The notes beneath the pieces were generated by a model, which was given only the letters and a program-made list of their open reading frames with translations, was not told the origin of the DNA and did not search any database. A program made the position numbers and the translations under genes. Shown here piece by piece: positions 14,524 through 25,004 of a stretch of 64,000 bases of DNA. Positions within the stretch are counted from its first letter, which is position 1, and each line of letters opens with the position of its first letter. Location: positions 42,906,001 to 42,970,000 of the forward strand of contig NW_024704742.1 of the NCBI RefSeq assembly GCF_018977255.1, in the 5' to 3' direction. Origin of the DNA: Callorhinchus milii (Eukaryota).

Positions 14524-14968
14524 TAATAATAATAATAATGCTTGCATTTGGTATAGCGCCTTTCACATTGTTGAGACTCTCAAAACACTTCACAAGATAT
14601 ACTGTTAAGTGTATTGACTGGGTATTTTGTGAACAAAACCCAGCAGCCAGTTGCGCACAGCAATGTCCCACAAACAGCCATGGAGTGAGTGACTAAATTT
14701 ATTTGGAGGATTGTTGACCATGACAATGGGAGAAACTCCCTTCTCTTTTCAAATAGTGCCATGGGATCTTTAATGTCCACCTGAACAGGCAGACGAGATC
14801 TTGTTTTAAAGTCTTATCTAAAGAATGGCACCTCCGATAAATCAACCCCCCCCCCCCGAACACTGCATTGGAGTGTCAGTATGTGATTCCAAGACCCACA
14901 GTAGGGCTTGAACCCATAACCTTGAGACTCAGAGGCAAGAGTCCTACCACTGCACCAGGCTGACACAC
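14524..14968 (-). mobile_element. tRNA-derived SINE with Deu-domain-like core (family B, SacSINE1/DeuSINE-like)
   Basis: Minus strand reads gtgtcagcctggtgcagtggtagg...gggttcaagccc...aaagatcccatggcactatttgaaaagagaaggg. Confidence 0.8.
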
Positions 14969-15669
14969 CACTTGTACAATTTAACCTCATGTTGAATTAC
15001 ATATTACACAAGCCCAGGGAGCAGAAAAAGACCTTAACATGTGGGGTTTCTCTTCCAAAAAAGTTATTCTTTGGAAACTCTTCTACCAAAAATGCCATGA
15101 ATAGAGCATAAAGAAAATGTGTTGTTATATTGGAACAGGGAATTCTTCATAAGTGGGAATTGATTATCTGGACGGTGGTGGGATTGACTGATTGTTTCTG
15201 GAATGTAAAACTGAGAGCCCAATTTATTTTTGTCAGATAGACTTCATCTTGCATGCTCCAACTGCAGTGTGCTCAGGTGGAAAGTACCAAACATTCAGTC
15301 TGTCACGGAAATAATATTTGATATTAAAACACTATATAATCAATTTCAGTAAGAAGCTCAGACTTCAGCAAAAGAATTGCTTCAGATTACATGCAGATGG
15401 GTCAAGCTGCGTGTGTGATTTTAAAACCTGAAATGTCAAATTCTGCTTAGTTTCTTAATCAAAACTACAATGATAATCTTCAATGATAAACTCAAAACAA
15501 AAGCCACTGATGGTTACCCACGTACCGTGCAAGAGATTCTTAATGCAGACAAGTTGAATATATCTTTTATGGGTCTCATAACATTATTTAAAAATTCTTA
15601 AAAGTTAAAATAATTAAAATAATATTTCTTAATATTTCCTAAATGAGGAATTTAAGCCACGCGTACTGA

Positions 15670-16155
15670 AACAACAACAACAACAAGATTCCATTTATAA
15701 AGCGCCTTTCACGTCAGGAGGACGTCCCAAGGCGCTGCACAGTTGGGTCATGACCCGAGCAGGGGGGAAATGGTCAGGGTGAGGGGAGGGAAGGGAGGGA
15801 GCGAGGAGGGGGAAATGGTCAGGGTGAGGGGAGGGAAGGGAGGGAGCGAGGAGGGGGAAGAGAGTCGAGAGGGGAGCTGAAGGCTCGGTCAAAGAGAAAG
15901 GTTTTGAGACCGGCCTTGAAGGAGGAGAGGGAGGAGGCGGCGAAGGCACTGGGGGATAGAGTTCCAGAGCCTGGGGGCTGAGAGGCTGAAGGCCCGACCA
16001 CCGATGGTAGGGCGATTGGGGCGGGGGATGTGGAGCAGACCGGAGCCGGAGGAACGGAGGGTACGGGCAGGTAGGTAGGGTGATAGTAGGTCAGAGAGGT
16101 AGGAGGGAGCAAGGCCGTGAATGGCCTTGTAGGTGAGGATGAGGATCTTGAAATC
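15670..16155 (-). mobile_element. Young L2 3' fragment, same subfamily as 37198-37965
   Basis: Near-identical to 37198-37635, plus a 45-bp tandem duplication. Confidence 0.9.
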
Positions 16156-16499
16156 AAAGTAGAGTATATTATATATTTATATATATTTCATGCTGACTCA
16201 CCGGAATTTCTCTCCAACATGATCTAATTCCAGAGGGGATATTATGTATGTTGTTAGGGATTTTATTGGGATTCTTTAGTATTAATAATAATTTTAATAT
16301 TTCCTTGCATTTGATATAGCACCTTATCATGCCATTAAAGTGCTTCCCAGGATTTACTGTAAAGTGTTTGCGTATTTGTAGACAGGTGGTTAAGTACACA
16401 AAAATTTGGTAAATTAGACCCAGTTAATTTTCTATACTGAACAAATAAATGGTGAAATAAAAAACTATCATTAAAGACATATCCCCGTTGCAGCTATTG

Positions 16500-17460
16500 T
16501 TTTTTGATCAGTCAAATGTTTGACACATGTGGAAACCCATTACATGCTTAAGAATATCCGCAAACAGAGTTCCAGGCATCCCACCCCCACATGGAAATTT
16601 CAGAGATGTTTATTTGAATGGAATGCGTACTCTTTCTCTGGAAGGACCCATCCTGCATATATAATTTCGGAAAGTATTAGGTGCAGGTTGGCAAAAGCCA
16701 AGGCTTGGGGATTCCAGAGCGTGCGTTGGGGTACTGCTGGAGTCTAACCAACTAAAACCACCTAGCTTGCCGTTGAGAGCACTGCCTGGCAAGCTTTCCC
16801 ACTGCTTGTCCAACTAGGCCCACCCTACCCATTAGGGCTTTGGCTTGCAGGGTTAACTGGAGCTATAAGATCAGCCATGAACAGGCTTGAGGGGGATGAA
16901 TGGCCTACTTCTGTTTCTATGAAGTGGGAAGTCTCTGACCCCAGTGACTGTTCTGCCTTCCATGTCATGTTAATGAGCTAGGCTGAATGAGCTGTCATTT
17001 TTTTATACAAAAACACTCAGTTCTGACGAAGGGTCGTGGACCCGAAACATTGACTCACTTTCCTTTCTCCATAGATGCTGTCTGATCTGCTGAGTTTTCC
17101 CAGCTCTCTCTGTTTTTGTTTCAGATTCCAGCATCTGAAGTATTTTGTGTTTTGTCATTTTTTTATGACAGCTGGGCATAGTGTGGGCTTGATTCTGACA
17201 TTCCATTGAGAAACATATTACCTTGGAGCCAGTTTAGCTCCAAGGATATCCCATTTACCTCACCCATAAGGAGGACAATCGCTAGTTGGCCATTTGATTT
17301 CTGACAAGCGTGCGTTTAAGCTGTCACTAGGTGGATGGCAGGTACAAGGAACTCTATGCGAGGGTGCTGGTGGGCCACACAGCTCAGCACGAGATGTTTG
17401 AGAGCATTGCCACCATCTTTTGCCTTCAGCTCAGATACACATCTGTTCCCATTGAGCGAA
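16500..17460 (-). mobile_element. Unrecognised ~0.9-kb non-coding repeat (family X), near full length, interrupted by a CR1 tail and the hammerhead element
   Basis: Collinear with copies at 1-550, 2335-2930, 31750-32280, 34420-34780 and 53598-54165. Confidence 0.75.
17007..17152 (+). mobile_element. Short Penelope-like terminal-repeat element with a hammerhead ribozyme core and 14-bp TSD
   Basis: CTGACGA-a-GGGTC-gtg-GACCC-GAAA at 17023-17047; flanks tgtcatttttttat at 16993-17006 and 17153-17166. Confidence 0.8.
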
Positions 17461-20400
17461 AGCAGCAGCTGTTTACCTCGCTGCACAGTAAAGCATCTGC
17501 AAAGATCATTTGCTTGCTAAGACGTTTTGCTTTGAAAAACAAATATCGGTTTTAAAATAGTAAAAGCAATCTATATTTAACAAAGACTCCTCTGGATATG
17601 TTACATTTCTTTGCCAAGCTAACCAATTTTCCACTGACAATGTTTTTGATGCACTATTCAAGACAAAATAGACACTTTAAATGTACTAACTGTTGTACAT
17701 GTGGAGAAGCACTGGTTCATGGTTTGTTTTTCAAAGCTTTTGGTTTATTTAGCATTTCAAAGAGATGAGTTCTTTATTTTGGTATCCAAGCTTTGCAAGT
17801 CCCTCACTGTGATAAGCTTTGAAACCAGTTATTTTCATAAGCCCAAGTTGTTTCAACATTATTACAGACAGATGGAAAATCGTAGCTAAGTAGTGAGCTC
17901 TTTCGAACCTATAACTATCCACATTTTTCTAAATTAAGCATTTCAAGTGAAAAATACTGCAGTTTGTGATCTGGGGCATAGCAACACAGTCCACTCTTCT
18001 GATGACGACTGGTTGGATCTTTATATTTAAACCTATTTGCTGTCCCCCCCGTGCCAATAGTTGTCATGAACCGCCATATATCAAGAGAATAATAATGTTC
18101 AAATGGAAGATCAAGTACTTTGAAGAGCTAAAGTATGGTACAACAGATTATCCTGTCTTAGGCAATTTGCCTGATTTAACAAAGTTAACATCAGATGAAG
18201 TAGAATGGACATAAATATCCAATGTGGGTGTAATTGCATGCAAAAAAATTAAGTGAACTGTGCATTTACATATCTGACTGATCAAGGTAATAATTTGGTT
18301 GTCAGAAGTTTAATGACTCATTGCAATCATACTGTAGGTCAAAATTAGTGAGAAACGAAAACTAACGCTGGAATATTCATATGACTTTACTCTTCAACCT
18401 GGTCTACTTCCACAGACAATATTTTCCCACCTCTCAGTCACAGCAGAAAAGAAACTATTGTGTCCCATCGAACTTGTGCTAATTTCAGTCTGTGTCTATC
18501 CTTAGGCATGTGTTGGGCGCCTCAGGAATGTATACCCAGATGAATCCTATTTACCCTGTACATGAATGATTTGGAAATGGGGATAGAATTCTGTCTATTT
18601 AAATTTGCTGATGATATCAAATTAAGGGGAACACAACTTAGGAAAGGGATTTGGAAGTATTAGTGGATAAGCTCTGAAAACAATAATACAGTGCAGGACA
18701 ATGAAGAAAACAAAGGCAGAAGAATGGGAGAGTTTTTTCAGAGAGCCAGCACAGGCACGATGGGCTGAATGGCCTCTCCTTATGCTACAAATTTATGTTG
18801 GGTTAAGTGATCTATGCTGCATTTTTCTAACCTTTAGTCAAAAGCACTCAACATGCAGCACTTTGATTCAGAACACAAATGTAGTAGTGCACTTCAATAC
18901 TTATTCCACTCCTACATGGTCCCTTAAAAGGTTTAAGTTGTTTAAATGAATGGGCTGAGTGTGTGTTTCATGGACCATTTTTAATATTAAACAGTCAGTC
19001 GCCCAATCTACTTCTAAACATTAAAATACTGCAAAACTGACACACTAAAGTTCACGGCATGTACTGAGGGCACTTAGTTTCTCCGAAATTGGGTGTTTTT
19101 TTTAAACTTCCAACAGGAAGTATAAATCAAGTCATTTTGCTTCCAGAAATGTCAATTTGTAACATCTAAAGTGATCTTGGTTGTTCTAGTTTGTATCCTC
19201 TCCAGGGCAAAAATCTCCTATGATTAGCTGAACCAGAACTGCATACGGTATTAATCAGATTCTAACCAATGCATTGCATAGCAATGATTGTGTCTCTGAT
19301 TCTACTCTATACCTTTACTGATGTGATTTTGCATCATATTGTTCTTTTTTATTCCATGGGTGTGTGTGTGAACCCATCTCCCACTACTCAGTGGCAAACC
19401 ATTGAACCAGCATGTAGCAATATAACCCATTTTTAACAATCTATTCTTTGTTACTCCAAGGACTGGGAAATCAATAAAGCTAAGCTCCTGCAGGCAGGGA
19501 TAGTGGAGGAAAATACAAACAGCTAATTTCTTGCCAGCAATAATAAGGTTTACATTGTACTGACATCCGTGAAAATAAGTTCCACTGAAGTAAACGTTGC
19601 AAAGAAGCTGAAAAGTCTAAATGGTAAATATTGGCATGCTTGCTTGGAACAATGATAATAACCTAATTCTCTGATGGAATCATTTCATTAGCTGAAAATC
19701 ATGGATTTCATTTACTTTTTTATCGTAAATCCTCATCTGTTTTTGTAGATAAGGCTTAAATAATTAGGCTTGTACTTAATCTAGTATAAAGCATCTTATT
19801 TATTCCTCTGGTTTGTAAGATACAATTACTCACTGGTATCATGCTTATATCAGAAGAGGTATTTACTTGTAGAGGTAGGGCTAGATGAATTGTTTAATAA
19901 AAAGCAGAACATACTGGTTGGTTTTGTGATATTCTGGTGTAGTCAATGCTAGAGTTCCACCAACAATACGTGCTCTGATTTGATACTAATATCTTCAATA
20001 GATTTTTTTCTTAAATTATATTTCATCTGCACAATGATTTTTTTGTATAAAGGCACAGCTTTATTTTTAATATGAGTTTGGTGTGTGTGAGTGTGTGTGT
20101 CGGGGAATTACCTGAGACTGAGTGAAGACACCCAAAGGTGGAGCCAGGATATCTAATCTGTGCGGCGTAGTGGAAAAAAGAGGTAGAAGTTATTGGCTAT
20201 TAGGCTGACAATAAATGACCCAATCTCATTGGATCAGTGAGGTGACTGACAACAGAGCACTGGGGAGTGTGCTTTCGAATCGCTCCAGGACGCTGCCCTA
20301 CGTGAAGGGCACTATATAAATGCAAGTTGTTGTCGTTGTTCCATGAGGGCAGTGATCTCACAAAGAAGAATGAAGAGGATGAATGATGACCTTCTGCCAG

Positions 20401-20564
20401 TGTCAGTTGGTAACTGGGACAAAAAGAAAGACCTAGCAAGGGTCAATACTGTGTTGGCTTAGGAACAGGTTCAGGACTAATGTCGACTAGCTATTTGGTG
20501 CTTCACCATGCTTACTGTTCATCGAAATTCTTTTGTGTTTTGTTGTTAAATATATCTGGACAGA

Positions 20565-20950
20565 CAACAATGAGAATAATTTGTAGTGTTAGCGGAATGA
20601 GCTATGAACAACGGTTACACAAGTTAGGGCTCTTTAGCTCAAAAAAGACGGCTGTTTTAGACGTATAAAATTTTAAACGGGACTGAGAAAGGAACCCCAG
20701 GACAATACTTTCAGATGCACTAAAACAGCATATTGATAAAGCACAGGTTCAGTATTACAGAGGGCATCTCATGATAGACACCAGGAAATGTTGCTTTACC
20801 CACAGGGTAATAAACAAATGGAATGGTTACAGTAAGCGTTGTTGAGGCTAGGATGCTGAACTCATTTGAGAAGCAGCTTCAGACTATAATGGAAAGACGG
20901 TAGGCATTCTGGATGAATGACATTAAATTGGTCATTCAAACCTTTTTGTT
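20565..20950 (+). mobile_element. CR1 3' fragment, old
   Basis: GMSYEQRLHKLGLFS translation. Confidence 0.75.
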
Positions 20951-21699
20951 CTTGTGATTATTCTTATCTCAACACGTCAGATCCTGCTGCAATAAACATG
21001 AAGCAAGACAATTATACTAATTGTCAATAACTTATAGAAATAAAAATTCTAAATCAATGAAACAATTCATTGTTTATAAACATTACTGTTTCATCTGACC
21101 TTTAAACTCAGCAATAAAAACATTTTGGCTTGCTCTTTAAGAGGTTTTGGATATTGTCATAAAGTCTCCCAGTTGTGCCGTCACTATTTTATAGCAGAGT
21201 GCACTGCAATAGAGTGCATTATATTTGTGTATGAATTTTAACCTCTTTCATATGTTGGAATGTCGTCCCAATGTGAAAGGTACTGTATAAATGCAATTTC
21301 TTGTTGTTGTTGTTATTTGAGTGGCCCAATCTATATTTATCTCACGCAAGCACAGTTTGCCGGCACTCTCAGTTTTTTTTTGAGCTAGCTGGTTGGAAAA
21401 CAACTGAACATTTTTGTAAAATAACAAAATCCACCCTCAAGGCTCCCAATTCCATTGTTCCAATAATATTGTGTGATGTGCAATGCCAAGGCAGCTCAGC
21501 TGGTTGGGATCGAGCTAATTCTGCAACATAGCACAGCCAGCACATTGCCATTTAAAATCCATGCATTCGCCTGCTGGGTCTGATTGAGTGAAGAAAGCAG
21601 ACCTTGGGCAAGTTGCAGAGCAATTTGTCAACTGTAAAGGCTGTCTACTACTTCATTACAGATGCTGAGGACAGGAATAAGCTGGGATCGCAGAGATTG

Positions 21700-21958
21700 T
21701 CTGGCTTTTTGAAGCTTGAGAAGTTGGGGGTGTCAGAAAGGTTACTGCAGGAATAACTGGCTTGTGGCAGTGGAGCATTCATCATGATGTGGCTTTAAAT
21801 CTTTAAATTTGAGCTTTTTCTATCATTGTGAAGCAGAATTTTCCAAGCATTAGATTGTTCACCCACTAATAGAGAACATGAGCCGAGTTTAAACTATTGT
21901 AATAATAAAGGTTGGTTTCAACCTATTGATGATGTATTCTTGCAATAGAAATGCTGCT
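21700..21958 (+). pseudogene. Decayed 28S rRNA fragment (3' domain V / peptidyl-transferase region)
   Basis: ggtgtcagaaaggttactgcaggaataactggcttgtggc...tatcattgtgaagcagaatt..ccaagcattagattgttcacccactaatag...gatgatgt matches conserved eukaryotic LSU rRNA, with many CpG-type substitutions. Confidence 0.9.
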
Positions 21959-22179
21959 ATTTTCTCCTGGTAAGAAGAGTATTGAGGAATGGAATGAGGA
22001 GGGTGACAAAAGTACTGGAGCTGATGCAAACATACGGGGAGGTTCATCATTAAATATAAAATTGTATACGGTGTGCAATTTTTTATCTTGCAGTTTTATA
22101 CCAGTCGGTCTTTCTAGGGTCCAATGGGTTATGTGTCGGGTGTCAGTCTGGGAACTCAGCTTGTCGCCATATATCGAAA

Positions 22180-23150
22180 TGAGTTAATGACTGAATGAAT
22201 AGAAAGTTTTATATCCAAGTTTGCAGATGACGACACTAAGCTAGGAGGCTCAGTAAGTTGTGTAGTGGGAGTAGAAAGTTACAAAGCGAATTAGACAGAT
22301 CAAGTGAGCGGGCAAAGCTGTGGCAGATGGAGTTCAATGTAGGGAAGTCCGAGTTCATCCACTTTGGATCGAAAAAAGATAAAAACAGAATATTTTCTTA
22401 ATGGGGAGAAACTAAGAACTGTGGGGGATCCAAGGAATTTGAGTGTCCATATTCACAAATCACCAAAAACCTAGTTCCCGGGTGCAAAAAGTAATCATAA
22501 AGGCGAATGGAATGTTGGCCTTTATCTCAATGGGCCTGAATACAAACGGGAGGAAATGTTGCTTCAGCTGTATAGAGCATTAGTCAGACCCCATTTGAAG
22601 TACTGTGTTCAGTTTTCGGCACCACACCTCAAGAAAGACATATTGGCCCTGGAGGGGATTCAGCGCAGGTTCACCAGAATGTTACCGGGACTAAATGGTT
22701 AAGTTACGAGGAAAGGCTGCATAAACTTGCATTGTATTCCCTTGAGTTTAAAAGGTTGAGGGGTGATTTGATTGCGGTGTTTAAGATGATAAAGGGATTC
22801 AATAGGGTAGATACAGAGAAGCTACTTCCTCTGGTGGGGAATCCAAAATAAGGCAGCAAAGTCTTAAAATTAGAACCAGACCATTTAAGAGTGAAATCAG
22901 GAAGCATTTTTTCACTCATAGAGTGGTAGAAATCTGGAAATCGCTCCTCCAAAAAGCAATGATGCTGGATCCATCCACACCTTCAAGAGTGAAGTTGATA
23001 GATTTTTGGTAGGTCAGGGATATAGGGAAAAAGCAGGAAATTGGAATTGATGGGATTAGTTGAGGTACAGATCAGCCATGATCTAATTAAATGGTGGAAC
23101 AGGCTCGATGGGCTGAATGGCCTACTCCGGTTCCTATGGTTCCTATGTTG
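22180..23150 (+). mobile_element. CR1 LINE, 5'-truncated (RT KFADD to 3' tail)
   Basis: aagtttgcagatgacgacactaagctagg; ends ttcctatggttcctatg. Confidence 0.92.
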
Positions 23151-23359
23151 CTATGAGTCTATGCTGCTTGCTTCTGCAACACCACAAAAGCCTTGTCCAA
23201 ACTCCATATGCTCCATTTGCTTTACGAAAAAGAATCGGGCACCAGAAGCAGCAGTATTTTGCAGTCTACTGTTATTAATTATTCTTACATAGTCCATAGG
23301 ATTCGCTCCAGAAATACATTAGGGGGAAGGTTTACTTTATCTCACATTTTCTATAAGTG

Positions 23360-23605
23360 TCAGCTTTCCTTGATGCAGAAGGTCTCTCATTTCTGAATCA
23401 AGGTTGAGGGTTTAAGCTCCACATCAGGATCTGAGTTCTTAGTATAGGCAGACACTTCATTGCATTGCTGAAAGAGTTCTGCATGGTCAGAGGTGCCATT
23501 TTTTACATGAGACAGTAACCAGAGATCCTGTCTGCCTATTCAAGAGGAAATTGAAGATCTTGTCAAAATTGTCAAAAAGAGGGTTTCTCTTCATGCCCTG
23601 GATAA
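23360..23605 (+). mobile_element. Family B (DeuSINE-like) SINE fragment
   Basis: Head and cagaggtgcc...tgagacagtaac...gatcctgtctgcct core. Confidence 0.62.
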
Positions 23606-24146
23606 CAATTGAAATTATGAAACAATACCATTGATTTCTGCTTCTCTGTGCTATATAGTGGATTCTCTCACCCAGTTCTTGTTAGGTCACCAAACTTTAC
23701 TGTTACATATTCCTCATGTGTGATTCATTCTGCAGACCTTATGTGCTTCTTGATGCTCCCTCTGTGACTGTCTCTGGATAAATGTCTGCAACTATGGTGT
23801 AGCAAGAGTGATGTTTTGATACATCTCTCTAGATCTGTAAATTATGCGCTTGCCGGAGTTCTTTTAGGTGTCAGTTTAGTTCATTTGGTAGCTTGCTCGG
23901 CTCTGGGTCAGAAGGTTTTGGATTCATGTCAAAGTCCAACGTTGTGAATAATCTCATGCCACTCTTTCAAAAGAGAAGGGAGTTTGTCCTGGACAACAAT
24001 CCTCCAGATAAAATTGATCATTTTAAAATTTGGAATCCTGAGCTTAAGAATATCGAAAGCAAATTGTGAGTCCCATATATGCATGCCATGTATGCATGGA
24101 AATTACCCTGTGACTGAATTGGGCTGTGCACTCTGATCCGAAGGGG

Positions 24147-25004
24147 GTACACCCACCCTGCTTATTTAATTCCTGACTGTTATGGTCACAGGTTGGCAAG
24201 GGACAAAGCTCAGAGTCTCCATATTGTGCTTTTGATACTTAGAACCATAGAAAATTTGCAGCACAGAAGGCTCTTCAGTTCATCACATCTGTAATGGCTC
24301 TTTGAAAGAGCAAACCTTTCAGTCCCACAAAATCATAATAATAATAATTCCTCCCCAGACAAGTTAGTTTGGATTTGCAGAACAGCAGTATTTGAGGTGT
24401 TTAAGATGATAAAAAGATTCAATAGGGTAGATACAGAGAAATTATTTCCTCTGGTGGGGAATCCAAAATAAGGCGGCATAGTCTTAAAATTAGAACCAGA
24501 TCATTTAAGTATTCTTACGCTCATAAGGCGGTAGAAATCTGGAATTCACCCCCAAAAGGCTGTGGATGCTGGATCCATCCACACCTTCAAGAGTGAGGTT
24601 GATAGATTTTTGGTAGCTCAGGGATATGGGGAAAAAGCGAGACATTGGAATTGACAGGATTAGTTGAGGTACAGATCAGCTATGATCTAATTGAATATCG
24701 GAACAGGCTGAATGGGCTGAATGGCCTACTCCTGTTCTTATGGTTTCTATGTTCCTATGGAGTACACCATCCCTGCTTACCCAATTCCTGACTGTTATGG
24801 TCACAGGTTGGCAAGAGTCAAAGCTTAGGATCCCCAGAGTGTGCGTTTGATGCTTAGAACCATAGACAATTTACAGCACAGAAGGCTCTTCAGTCCATCA
24901 CCTCTGTGATGGCTCTTTCAAAGAGCAAACCTTTCAGTCCCACAAATCATAATAATAGTTCCTCCTCAGACAAGTTAGTTTAGATATGCAGAACAGCAGT
25001 ATTT
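24147..25004 (+). repeat. ~245-bp direct repeats (24147-24393 and 24762-25004) flanking a CR1 fragment
   Basis: Collinear copies, roughly 90% identical by eye. Confidence 0.9.
24394..24759 (+). mobile_element. CR1 3' fragment, same subfamily as 22180-23150
   Basis: Closely similar to 22775-23150. Confidence 0.9.

Noticed and set aside
21700..21958. Functional rRNA gene
   Set aside because: Only ~250 bp, heavily substituted at conserved positions, and no flanking rDNA.
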